Origin: a virus
IMG/VR virus record: IMGVR_UViG_3300001918_000004
Reading direction: 5' to 3' (one strand)
DNA: 64,000 bases
Shown: positions 20,227-28,819 of the stretch, in pieces
Numbering within the stretch: position 1 is the stretch's first letter
Layout: the number at the start of each line of letters is the position of its first letter
The notes under the pieces: generated by a model
What the model saw: the letters and a program-made list of their open reading frames with translations, nothing else
Databases searched by the model: none
Told to the model about the DNA's origin: nothing
Translations under genes and position numbers: made by a program

Positions 20227-20888
20227 TAGCCCATACGCAAAAGACGACCGATGACAGCGTAGTTAGCTAAATCTAAATAGCTGTCGTCGATGCTTTCGTT
20301 TACGGCTTCACGAGAACCGACATACTGAGAGTCTTTGATCCGGATTTGAAACCCGGATAAACTCAACAAGCGCGCCATCTTGTCCCACAGACGAGTAATT
20401 AAACCGATTTCGCCCGTACCTAAAATGTTTGCGGGACTGTAGTCTCGGTTCTTGTCCAAGTGCAAGCGGTACATCCGCATGATTGTTTCCATGAACACTT
20501 TGCACTGATTCGGGTTGTTTTGTTTAGTGGGATGTTCTGGGATGATTGTGCCAGCGTCGCACCACTCGTACACCGGGATTTTTTGTTCGAGCGCATATTC
20601 ATGCTCTGTCCGTGCGCCTCTCGATTCTGTCCAGTTCGGTAGCAGCACAATCGCATCACAACGCCGCAAAAGATTCAGTGAATGCATGATCCAATGCATG
20701 TATTGAGCTTCTGTATCTTTTGTGCCAAACGTAACGTCGTGTTCCAGGTTAGCGGTGTTTAAGTGCGGACACAGCACGGTATGTCCTTGGTTCCACAATG
20801 AGATTGCGACATTACGAGCTACGGCGATATTGAACTCAACCGTCCGTGTTTCACTTGCACTGTAGGGGCCAGCGAGATATAGCAGCAT
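20214..20888 (-). CDS. Nucleoside deoxyribosyltransferase-like (DUF4406-type) domain fused to a DUF1599/Nmad1-like domain
   Basis: N-terminus LYLAGPYS..CPHLN..RCDAIVLLPNWTESRGARTEH; C-terminus KNRDYS..RLWDKMARL..ESIDDSYLDLANYAVI. Confidence 0.75.
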   Translation of the reverse strand: MLLYLAGPYSASETRTVEFNIAVARNVAISLWNQGHTVLCPHLNTANLEHDVTFGTKDTEAQYMHWIMHSLNLLRRCDAIVLLPNWTESRGARTEHEYALEQKIPVYEWCDAGTIIPEHPTKQNNPNQCKVFMETIMRMYRLHLDKNRDYSPANILGTGEIGLITRLWDKMARLLSLSGFQIRIKDSQYVGSREAVNESIDDSYLDLANYAVIGRLLRMGYWGW

Positions 20889-20889
20889 G

Positions 20890-21138
20890 TTACTTCCTTT
20901 TTGATTGCATCATGTGAGTTTGGAGCATTTCTGGTGCGTTTTTCATTACCGCCTTGATTAGGTTTTGGTAATACATCAACGACAAAGCGGCTTGTTCCAA
21001 GTTGTCGATTAACTGTTCGTGAGTCATCTGTTCAAACTGCAAACGCATGATGCGTTGATTCAACAATTGCTCAGTTGTTAGATCGATGCCTTGCTCTATC
21101 GCTTTGTCCATCGGTGTTTTGTCTAGCGGAGCAGACAT
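20890..21138 (-). CDS. nblA: Phycobilisome degradation protein NblA-like
   Basis: IDLTTEQLLNQRIMRLQFEQMTHEQLIDNL..LMYYQNLIKAVMK matches the NblA pattern LSLEQxF..R....V..MS.EQ...L....M....N..K. Confidence 0.75.
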   Translation of the reverse strand: MSAPLDKTPMDKAIEQGIDLTTEQLLNQRIMRLQFEQMTHEQLIDNLEQAALSLMYYQNLIKAVMKNAPEMLQTHMMQSKRK

Positions 21139-21140
21139 GG

Positions 21141-21365
21141 TTAATTCTCCAGTAAGATGAGTCCTTGACGCACGTTGTTCACAATGCGTCGGGCGTTTTG
21201 TACTTGAGTTAAAAGGCGGGTTACTACGCGTAGAAACACCTCGTATTCTTCCGCCGTTGCATCGTTGTAAAGATCGTTCAGTAGTTGTTGGCTTTCCTCC
21301 ACTAAGCGGTTTCCGGCATCAATGTCCAATCTTCGGCTAACAGGTCTGTTTGAGAGGCCAGCCAT
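21141..21365 (-). CDS. Hypothetical protein
   Basis: 74-aa helical ORF in the operon. Confidence 0.5.
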   Translation of the reverse strand: MAGLSNRPVSRRLDIDAGNRLVEESQQLLNDLYNDATAEEYEVFLRVVTRLLTQVQNARRIVNNVRQGLILLEN

Positions 21366-21556
21366 GGTACTCGTCCTTTGGGTGCATGAGGGTTGTTTGT
21401 GACTAATGCAGTCGTGTCGATGTACAGAAACGGTTGAGTTACAAACGTAGATGGGCTAGGAAAGCACATCGCAATGTAAATGCCTTTGCCGTTCCATCCT
21501 TTGCGGGTCAGTTTGCGCCCTTCTTTGAGCAAATACAAAGCAGTCGAAAAGGTCAT
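21302..21556 (-). CDS. DUF2829 family protein (Tad2-like anti-defence sponge)
   Basis: MTFSTAL.LLKEGRKLTRKGWNGKG...PWLASQTDLLAEDW. Confidence 0.88.
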   Translation of the reverse strand: MTFSTALYLLKEGRKLTRKGWNGKGIYIAMCFPSPSTFVTQPFLYIDTTALVTNNPHAPKGRVPWLASQTDLLAEDWTLMPETA

Positions 21557-21604
21557 AAAAACTCCAAAAAGTACACGGGACGGCGTAAAACCGTCCCGCA
21601 GAAG

Positions 21605-22243
21605 TTAGAACATGTTGAAGTCCGATGCACCGGCCAACTGACGTTCTTTGGATTTGTGTCCGTTGGATTTCGGTTGCATGGAAGGTTTAGGGGCTGTTGC
21701 TGCTGTATCTTCAACTTGAGCTACGGGTTCTGGAGTTGCAGCGGCCGTTGGTTCCGGTTCATCTAACGGCAGTTCAGGCTGCTCCGCTATCGCCTTCGTG
21801 ACTTGTTGCCGCAAAGAACGAGAGCGTTTTCCCTGTTTCAACCGTTCACGCGGGATGCGTAGAACGTTACGCACACGGTTGTACAGCAGTTCTTGTCCGT
21901 GTTCAGCTAGTAGCGGTTTGATTTGGTTGAACAGGGTGTCCACTTCAGCCGCTTCTTGTCCGTAGAACCGAGGAAACGCATCAACCAACAACAACGCTCG
22001 GTAGTATTCGATTTGCTCGGGCGTGCCTGTTTGACAGAACTCGCGTGCAACTTTAGCGGCTTCTTCAGCCCACTCGGGAATACGGCGTTCGCCCCGTTGA
22101 CGGGCAGCAGGAACGGGCACTTCTAGCTGGTTTTCGCTAAGTCCAGTAACAGCCATCAACTCCAGCTTCAAATCTTCGTACTCAGCGGAATCGATCTCAA
22201 TGCCGCGCATTTTAGCTACGTGATCTACTAAATTGATGTTCAT
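21605..22243 (-). CDS. Hypothetical protein
   Basis: 212-aa ORF. Confidence 0.65.
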   Translation of the reverse strand: MNINLVDHVAKMRGIEIDSAEYEDLKLELMAVTGLSENQLEVPVPAARQRGERRIPEWAEEAAKVAREFCQTGTPEQIEYYRALLLVDAFPRFYGQEAAEVDTLFNQIKPLLAEHGQELLYNRVRNVLRIPRERLKQGKRSRSLRQQVTKAIAEQPELPLDEPEPTAAATPEPVAQVEDTAATAPKPSMQPKSNGHKSKERQLAGASDFNMF

Positions 22244-22317
22244 GGTGTAAGTCTGTGTGTGTGTATTCGTGAAGGTTAGATCGTCTTACGATCCAGTTAG
22301 ATCGTAGTTATGTGCAG

Positions 22318-23547
22318 TTAAACTGTCAAGGCCTCTGCCTCGTCGTCGATGTCCATTTCAACGACTTCTTCGGCTACAGCCATAACCGTTGCTTTAGTTG
22401 GTCGGGGAAAGATAGGCATGGTTAACGCATAGTAAATGTCTCCGAACTCAGTAGAACTTACCCTAATAGCCGTCTTGGGATCGATGGGATTCCACAGCAA
22501 CGTGAGTCCCAAGTCTTCGCTTGGAACCGCACCAATCAACCGAGAGGCGGCAGTAAAAAACGACAAAGCATCCAAGCTCAACTCAAACGTGTCAGCTTGA
22601 ACACCTTTAAAGCCTGTCGCATCAGAACAAACGCCAGAATGTCGGATGGCTTCTTGCGAAGCCGTCTCTGGCACGTCGTACTCCCACACAAAGTCGTCGC
22701 CGTGTGACCGCAACGTAATGCGGCCGTAAGGACGGTTTGCTGCTTTCGGAAGCTCAAGCAACGTCTTTACATCTGCACTAGACAAGCACAGCATCGTGTC
22801 CTGGTTGCTACAATGCAGCTTCGCCCGTTGAACTTCGTCTATAGTCACCGGCTTGACATGGTTAGATACATCCAACAAACAAGCCGCCGAACGATTCCCT
22901 ACTTTCAGGAACCCTTGGGTGTAACCCAAAAACAAGTCTGGCGTTGGATCACTTTTGCTGCTGATGCGATCAACAAACGCTTTTAACGCCCGTAGTTGGC
23001 TGTACGTCAACGAAAACGATAGCGGGCTATCGAACACTCGAGACGGTTCGTACAACCCTTGCACGGCATACGACGTAAAATCGGTCGAGACCGAGTACCA
23101 CAAGTCCTCGCAGACAAAACAACTAGACTGCGGCAACCCGGAGAGCAGCTTTAACCCCAACGCAAAATGCATGTAGTTAACCGGCTCAACCCGCACACGA
23201 ACATCTTGCATCGGAACTCGCAGCGGTTTGTTTTCCATCGTTTCCGACGCAACAATCTCGCTACCACACAAAACGAGCAACGTGCCTGCGCTATCTGCAA
23301 CCAAAGAATGCTTGGCTTTACGTGCTAGAGACGCCAGCGCACTAAACTGCTCGTACGGGATTGTGTACGGAAGTAGCAGGGTGTCTTCCAAATCCATCGG
23401 AACGCTGATGTAACCTCCAGAGGGGTAAGCCACAACCAGTTTGTGAGGAAACAGAACCACGGAGCAGTCCGCGGAAATAGTAGCGTTAGACAGAACTGGC
23501 TTTAATGCCCCGAGGTCTAACGCCGTTAAAGCGTAAGTGGAATCCAT
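22318..23547 (-). CDS. Divergent DNA sliding clamp (beta/DnaN-like), putative
   Basis: 409 aa, apparent three-domain beta-rich pattern, VSTDF resembling ATDGH, terminal YYALTMPI resembling YxxMPxR. Confidence 0.5.
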   Translation of the reverse strand: MDSTYALTALDLGALKPVLSNATISADCSVVLFPHKLVVAYPSGGYISVPMDLEDTLLLPYTIPYEQFSALASLARKAKHSLVADSAGTLLVLCGSEIVASETMENKPLRVPMQDVRVRVEPVNYMHFALGLKLLSGLPQSSCFVCEDLWYSVSTDFTSYAVQGLYEPSRVFDSPLSFSLTYSQLRALKAFVDRISSKSDPTPDLFLGYTQGFLKVGNRSAACLLDVSNHVKPVTIDEVQRAKLHCSNQDTMLCLSSADVKTLLELPKAANRPYGRITLRSHGDDFVWEYDVPETASQEAIRHSGVCSDATGFKGVQADTFELSLDALSFFTAASRLIGAVPSEDLGLTLLWNPIDPKTAIRVSSTEFGDIYYALTMPIFPRPTKATVMAVAEEVVEMDIDDEAEALTV

Positions 23548-23861
23548 TATGTTTTGAGTCCTTTCTTCAATTCAGCCCGTTGAGAGTTGTCGCCGGTTCG
23601 AGACACGGTACGCAAGGAGGATCGAGACTTTGTGGGTGAGTCCAAGAACGGAAGCTTCATGTAATCAGGTTCGGGATCGCGCACTTGCACTAAACCATGC
23701 AGTTCAGCGTTTTCTTGGTATTCGTATTGAATGATGTCCACGACGACGTAAATACAGTCGGCAACCGTTACTTTTGCACCTTTGGCGGGAAGCCAAAAGA
23801 ACTGCTGAGCTTCGGACACCAACTTACCAGCGTTCGTCTCAACCCGAAACGTTAGTTTCAT
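23547..23861 (-). CDS. Hypothetical protein
   Basis: Overlaps both neighbours. Confidence 0.55.
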   Translation of the reverse strand: MKLTFRVETNAGKLVSEAQQFFWLPAKGAKVTVADCIYVVVDIIQYEYQENAELHGLVQVRDPEPDYMKLPFLDSPTKSRSSLRTVSRTGDNSQRAELKKGLKT

Positions 23862-24526
23862 GTGTAAATAATCCGTAGAGGCACATCTTCAATACCCAAG
23901 GAATAGGCCCGATCCAAGTGGGCCACAACCCGAGACTTAAACAACTGCGTATCCCCGATTACAATGCATCCTTGAGAACCAGGAGCATTCGCATCTCGGT
24001 GTAAACCAAAATGACCTCGGGTTAGATTGCGGTTTTGAGGATTCGTGACAAACACAGGCAAGATGTCGAACCATTCACCTTCGATGCCGATGTTGTCAGA
24101 CCAGTATTGGCGCGTCGATAAACGCAGCCCAGGTAGATTAGGGATCGGGCCTCTGTTCCGTGTCCACAAGTTGTCTAACGTTTGAAAGCCAGGTGCGCCT
24201 GATGTTGCTGCACACGTAAACATCTGACTGCCGGTTTCGCTAAGCAACCGAAATGTACCTTGAATGAGGTGTTGCGTATGGCGTAACTTCATGGAAAACT
24301 CAGCCACAGCTAACCGATTACTAGACAACGCCCGTCCAGGTTGGGTGCTGCCTGGAGTTACGCGTTCTGCGGGGCCGTCTCGGTACTCTAAGGCAAGCTT
24401 GCCTAATAGATCTAATCCGCCCGGAAGCTCCAGTAGGCGTGTCTCGAATTGCTGTAATGCTTGGTTTTGGTGGGGTAAATCTCGGTAATACTTAGCGACG
24501 TTAACCACAGATATTGGGGGAGTCAT
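23858..24526 (-). CDS. Peptidoglycan-active protein: cyanobacterial lysin-type N-terminus plus L,D-transpeptidase-like domain
   Basis: N-terminus VNVAKYYRDLPHQNQAL; C-terminus RGHFGLHRDANAPGSQGCI (H-x-D...GSxGC). Confidence 0.7.
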   Translation of the reverse strand: MTPPISVVNVAKYYRDLPHQNQALQQFETRLLELPGGLDLLGKLALEYRDGPAERVTPGSTQPGRALSSNRLAVAEFSMKLRHTQHLIQGTFRLLSETGSQMFTCAATSGAPGFQTLDNLWTRNRGPIPNLPGLRLSTRQYWSDNIGIEGEWFDILPVFVTNPQNRNLTRGHFGLHRDANAPGSQGCIVIGDTQLFKSRVVAHLDRAYSLGIEDVPLRIIYT

Positions 24527-24567
24527 TGCAAATAACCGCTAATAACTCCCTCAATCTTAGCAGCGGA

Positions 24568-24921
24568 TTAAGTGTTTGATAGGGGCGTTAACGGGACAAA
24601 TGTGAGCTTATCCCGGTTGAAACCGGTCTTGTTCGGCGCATATTCTAAGGCGACTGGCTGACCTTCGATGATCAGCAAGTACACGCCAGCACCAGGCAGA
24701 GATTCTGCAACATAAGTCGCTAAACGCTCTAATTCAGACGAGTGTTTGATGTGTTCAAACTGGTTGCGTAAAGCCCGGATTTCTTGCTCTTTGGCTTCGA
24801 TCTCCTGCTGAAGTCGGTACATCTCGTTGCAGCGGTCATAGTACATGTTTGCACACGATAGCGTATCTAAAGGCATAAAGTAACTCCGAAAAGTAAAGTG
24901 AACTAAACCTTTTAACGACAT
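24568..24921 (-). CDS. Hypothetical coiled-coil protein
   Basis: ORF; true start probably MPLDTL. Confidence 0.55.
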   Translation of the reverse strand: MSLKGLVHFTFRSYFMPLDTLSCANMYYDRCNEMYRLQQEIEAKEQEIRALRNQFEHIKHSSELERLATYVAESLPGAGVYLLIIEGQPVALEYAPNKTGFNRDKLTFVPLTPLSNT

Positions 24922-25018
24922 GCTCAGGTCGTGAAACGCCTTTGTTCGCGCATTTTTGTCGTGCGTTTATTAACGACAAAAATGCTTGTGGCTCATTTTT
25001 CGAGAAATCTTAACGACA
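24912..25018. promoter_or_regulatory. Intergenic cluster of TTAACGACA repeats with a 13-bp inverted repeat
   Basis: TTAACGACA at 24912, 24970 and 25010; GCATTTTTGTCGT/ACGACAAAAATGC arms spanning 24950-24985. Confidence 0.55.
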
Positions 25019-25025
25019 AACTCGT

Positions 25026-25586
25026 TTAAGTCGGCAGCGCGGTCTCGGCTGCGGCTTGAACGGCGTGTTCGTAGTCTGGGTGCTGCTTGGGGATGATTTG
25101 GTAATACCATTCGTCTTCAGGCAGGCTTTTGATAAAGAACATGTTTTGAGAGTGACGCCAGACTGAATGGCATTGTTTAGCTTTTGTGCAAGCTTCTTCA
25201 AACGTACGGGCGTTGACGTAGTATTCAGACGCAAACAAGTCGTACACGCGAATCTTGAACACTTGCTGGTCTGATGCAGGAGCGGCTTCGATTTCGGTTA
25301 TGTGTTCATCCCACCAGTTTCGAGCCACCATGATGTCCAAACCTGCAACGGAAGCAAGGTCTAAAAACTTCTGTTGTTTAACCGAAATCGTTGCGTGGCT
25401 GTATCGCTGCTGCACGACGGAATACAAAGCGTACGCAACGTGGTGTTCTGTTTGACGAATGAGATCGATTCCCTGTAATGTTTGAGTCATTTTAAGCGGT
25501 TTCCTTAGTTTTGATCTGTGTCGGTAAAAGGGTTTGGGCTTCTTTGATGAAGTCATTTTGCTCACGCAACCACCCTTCATGGTCAA
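25026..25586 (-). CDS. Hypothetical protein
   Basis: ORF; true start probably MTQTLQ. Confidence 0.55.
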   Translation of the reverse strand: MTMKGGCVSKMTSSKKPKPFYRHRSKLRKPLKMTQTLQGIDLIRQTEHHVAYALYSVVQQRYSHATISVKQQKFLDLASVAGLDIMVARNWWDEHITEIEAAPASDQQVFKIRVYDLFASEYYVNARTFEEACTKAKQCHSVWRHSQNMFFIKSLPEDEWYYQIIPKQHPDYEHAVQAAAETALPT

Positions 25587-25983
25587 CCCAAGACAGAGCT
25601 TTAACCCTTCGGGGTAGCTCTGACATCTTGAATCGCGTGGAATAAAGTCCTTTTAAGTCTTGAGCAGCGGTGTACAACGGAGTACAGTCTTTAGGCAACG
25701 ACCACAGTTCGGCTTTGAACGTATATCGGTCATCCGTGCTGTTTTTAATCGAGTTCCAAAGAACATCCCCAACACGTACCCAAAAAGAGTTTGTATTTAG
25801 TCCGTGTCTATCGCTTTTCCAGACTTGCTGCAACAGTGAGTCGTACTTACGAAGCCAGTAAAGCACAAGCACTTCAATACGCACTTGCGTGGTGTGGGCG
25901 AATACAGTGGCCGGAGTATCGCAAATCATAGCGTTTATAAACGCCTTAGTAGCTAGCCGTTCTGTGTGTTTGTCGAATTTCAT
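25492..25983 (-). CDS. Hypothetical protein
   Basis: 163-aa ORF. Confidence 0.6.
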   Translation of the reverse strand: MKFDKHTERLATKAFINAMICDTPATVFAHTTQVRIEVLVLYWLRKYDSLLQQVWKSDRHGLNTNSFWVRVGDVLWNSIKNSTDDRYTFKAELWSLPKDCTPLYTAAQDLKGLYSTRFKMSELPRRVKALSWVDHEGWLREQNDFIKEAQTLLPTQIKTKETA

Positions 25984-25986
25984 AGG

Positions 25987-26355
25987 TCACAAGTAGTAGG
26001 TGGACGAGTCGTAATGTTTTTCAAGAGCTACGCATTCAATTGCATCTTCTTGGTAGTCGAAACTTTTGAACCTAAACCATGCAAACAAAAACGCATCAAG
26101 CAATTCTCGTAATGTGAGTGCGCTTGGGTAAAGCAAGCCTAAGTGTATGCTTTCGAGTAAAAAAGGAAACAACAAAAATGCTAACCCTACATGCACATCG
26201 ACTAAAAGGATACACACGAATGCAATACTGTAAGCGCACCGTAACAGCAGTAAAAAGTACCACCACAACGCATGTCGGATAGACACAGTATAGTCGTGTG
26301 GGGCTAATTGCTGTATTCGGTACCGCTTTAACACAAACCTGTTGGTGTTAGACAT
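25987..26355 (-). CDS. Small membrane protein
   Basis: Central hydrophobic hairpin; architecture similar to 29787-30125. Confidence 0.6.
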   Translation of the reverse strand: MSNTNRFVLKRYRIQQLAPHDYTVSIRHALWWYFLLLLRCAYSIAFVCILLVDVHVGLAFLLFPFLLESIHLGLLYPSALTLRELLDAFLFAWFRFKSFDYQEDAIECVALEKHYDSSTYYL

Positions 26356-26411
26356 TAGACTTCCTCGGGTTTTTACAACGCTGGTAATAGTGTGGGTGGT
26401 GTGTCATGACG

Positions 26412-26780
26412 TTAATACTCCGAAGGTAGTAATACCACACGGTCTTTAACCCACACCTTCAACCCATCTAATTCAGAGTCAGTGTGAAACCATTGCTGAT
26501 ACTTAACGATAGATGTTTCCCCATTTTCGTCTGAGATTTTACAGGTTGCCGTACCTGTACCGTGACCGGCTTTGAGGTTTAGCTCCCAAAACTGAAACTC
26601 ATCGGCAGGTAGTTTGAGTTCGGGTTGCACGGACGCAATAACATCCACAAACCAAGCGTGTCCGTTGTCGCAGAGAAATTTTACACCTTCGGTTAAGACT
26701 AACTGCCCTAACCAGTGTTTGTAGTAGCATTCGGTTCCGGTGAACTGAGCGAGATCCGATAAGTCAATAGAGCGTGTCAT
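26412..26780 (-). CDS. DUF6876-like protein
   Basis: LAQFTGTECYYKH..LTEGVKFL..AWFVDVIAS..EFQFWEL. Confidence 0.75.
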   Translation of the reverse strand: MTRSIDLSDLAQFTGTECYYKHWLGQLVLTEGVKFLCDNGHAWFVDVIASVQPELKLPADEFQFWELNLKAGHGTGTATCKISDENGETSIVKYQQWFHTDSELDGLKVWVKDRVVLLPSEY

Positions 26781-27328
26781 GGTTGTTGTGCCTCAGTAAA
26801 ACTAAAAAATACGGGTGTTTGTGTGTCTGCTGTTGTGCGGGGTTGAGCGTGTTCGAGTTGATACTCGCCAAACAGATACGTTATAACTTCTTCGGCTTCT
26901 GAGTAGGAAACTTCGCAGTAAAATACCTCGCAACATTCTCCAGAATATTCTTGGAAAATGAAGGTTTTCCCGATAGCCCAATCATCTTCGTCATTCGCCC
27001 AATTACTACAGGTAACAACAACCCGATCACCCTTCTGAAATCTGGTGTTTGGTTGCGTTGTAGCTTCGGATGGTGGCGTATCTTCTTCTTCGGGGTCTGG
27101 TGTATGCTCACGCACAGCGTTTAACAGGTACTCGTAAATGTCGTCCACAGCAGAAACATACTCGATGTCTCCCTGGTTGAAAGCACCTAAAAAGTCTGTT
27201 TCGTCTGACACACCTTCTGAACCTAAAAACGAGTGCTTGTCCCAAAATAGGTAAAACACAGGAAAGTCTGGGCCAAACTCATTTACGATGCGTTGAGCGG
27301 TTTCAAAGAAATCTCTAGCGGTTGCCAT
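26777..27328 (-). CDS. Hypothetical acidic protein
   Basis: 183-aa ORF. Confidence 0.6.
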   Translation of the reverse strand: MATARDFFETAQRIVNEFGPDFPVFYLFWDKHSFLGSEGVSDETDFLGAFNQGDIEYVSAVDDIYEYLLNAVREHTPDPEEEDTPPSEATTQPNTRFQKGDRVVVTCSNWANDEDDWAIGKTFIFQEYSGECCEVFYCEVSYSEAEEVITYLFGEYQLEHAQPRTTADTQTPVFFSFTEAQQP

Positions 27329-27338
27329 AGCTTAGCTT

Positions 27339-27872
27339 CTAATCCTCTCTTGTTTCGGCGTAGTGTTTAGCCCACTCTTTGATGTTTTTGTAGGGGCTGT
27401 AATGCTTTGTGCCGTCTAGGTTTAAGTGCCACTTGTCCCACGGAGCAATTTCTATGCCTGCGTCTAGAGCAGGTGTGTACGGTTTAAGCGGCTGTTTCAA
27501 CTCAAACCCAAGCAGGTCGTTTCCGTGTTGGATGATGTCGTGGTATTTAGGCCACGACAACTTACCTTTAGATGCCAGGATCAACATACGCCCGTCGTGA
27601 ATGTAGTTGTGACAGGCATGGCATAACGCCACAACACCTACAAACGTCACCTCACCTGTGCGGTAATTGATGTCGTAATGTTCGTGAGCTTCAAGCCAGT
27701 GATGGTATTTTGCTTCTTTTTTCGGAACGTCACACGCGTGACAGCAGTAATTGTTGAATTTGTACGCTTCGTGGCGGGCTGTTTCCCACCACTCGTCTCC
27801 GTATATCGTGCGCGGGTTAACGCCATGTAAAGGTTTTGGGATGTTTGGATGTTTGAGTAAGTCTAGATTCAT
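27339..27872 (-). CDS. HNH endonuclease-like protein
   Basis: CCHAC...LEAHEHY...ALCHACHNYIH. Confidence 0.8.
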   Translation of the reverse strand: MNLDLLKHPNIPKPLHGVNPRTIYGDEWWETARHEAYKFNNYCCHACDVPKKEAKYHHWLEAHEHYDINYRTGEVTFVGVVALCHACHNYIHDGRMLILASKGKLSWPKYHDIIQHGNDLLGFELKQPLKPYTPALDAGIEIAPWDKWHLNLDGTKHYSPYKNIKEWAKHYAETRED

Positions 27873-27898
27873 GAATGCCTCATCTAAGTACTACAAAG

Positions 27899-28126
27899 TC
27901 AAAGCCAACAAGGTTCGTCATGGTTGTCCGCTTCGCAGATGTACATGAATCGCTGCGCTTCTTCGTCTAACTGAAAACCTTTGATGTTTTCAAGTAGCCA
28001 ACGCACGTAGCGGGAGTTCATGCGTATCACGTCAAGAAGGGATTCTCCGCTGTATTTGCCGACTTCAAGTTTGTCGTACAGCGAATACGGTTCAGTTTTA
28101 AATGCTGGTTTGGTCATCTTCGGCAT
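27899..28126 (-). CDS. Small FGKY-type domain protein (DUF3820/ExoX C-terminal-like)
   Basis: KLEVGKYSGESLLDV...YVRWLLEN. Confidence 0.6.
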   Translation of the reverse strand: MPKMTKPAFKTEPYSLYDKLEVGKYSGESLLDVIRMNSRYVRWLLENIKGFQLDEEAQRFMYICEADNHDEPCWL

Positions 28127-28430
28127 CGTTTAGGGTATTGTTTACGCCAGAAACCATCTGCTGTAGGGATTCGTAATACACGATAACCGCGTAGTGAGTT
28201 CTGTCCGTAAAGTTACTGGCGGATAACTCAACCGGTTTGTCGTTTTCGTCACAGACTATAAGCGTATCGTCGTGTATCGTCCTGTGCCCTTTTGGGGGCA
28301 TCATGTACACCGCTTCGGCAGACACCACTGCACTGGCATGTTCGTTGATATAGTGCAGAAGATCTTTTGGTGTTTCAAAGCTGAGGGTTTCTTGAGTAAT
28401 TGTAGGGTATAAGCACATTAAATCCAACAT
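28098..28430 (-). CDS. Hypothetical protein
   Basis: 110-aa ORF. Confidence 0.55.
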   Translation of the reverse strand: MLDLMCLYPTITQETLSFETPKDLLHYINEHASAVVSAEAVYMMPPKGHRTIHDDTLIVCDENDKPVELSASNFTDRTHYAVIVYYESLQQMVSGVNNTLNDAEDDQTSI

Positions 28431-28451
28431 AATGAGCGGTTTTCTCCTGGG

Positions 28452-28802
28452 TTAGTTTGTAGATCGGGTTAACATCCAATGCAGGCACTTCACAATGACA
28501 TCGCCGTGGCATGGTTTAGGGGCACAAAAGCACACGAGTTTCACATGCTGCCGTTGAGCTAATTCCAGCAACGCATTGAGTTCAGACATGACTGCGGCAT
28601 CGTTGTCTTGAACTTTACGCCACAACCATTTTCGATAGTTTGCAATGACCGCTTCTCTCGAGTTGTCTTTGCTTATGTGATACGGGTTAGCAAGTGCGCT
28701 ACCTGGCTTACCCTTGCCGGGACGTCCGATGTACCAGCCATCATCAAACCCAACGATGTACCCGTTTACTACGGACAAGTTAAGCGTTCTTTCTTGCTCC
28801 AT
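28452..28802 (-). CDS. DUF4326 family protein
   Basis: YIGRP..ANPY..REAVIANYRKWL..LVCFCAPKPCHGDVI. Confidence 0.9.
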   Translation of the reverse strand: MEQERTLNLSVVNGYIVGFDDGWYIGRPGKGKPGSALANPYHISKDNSREAVIANYRKWLWRKVQDNDAAVMSELNALLELAQRQHVKLVCFCAPKPCHGDVIVKCLHWMLTRSTN

Positions 28803-28819
28803 ACTCCCGCATACCTGCG

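Noticed and set aside
10440-20888. 2-aminoadenine (Z) genome system, suggested by PolA plus nucleotide-modifying genes in a cyanophage
   Set aside because: No PurZ, DatZ or MazZ is recognisable in this window, and an adenine methyltransferase argues for ordinary adenine
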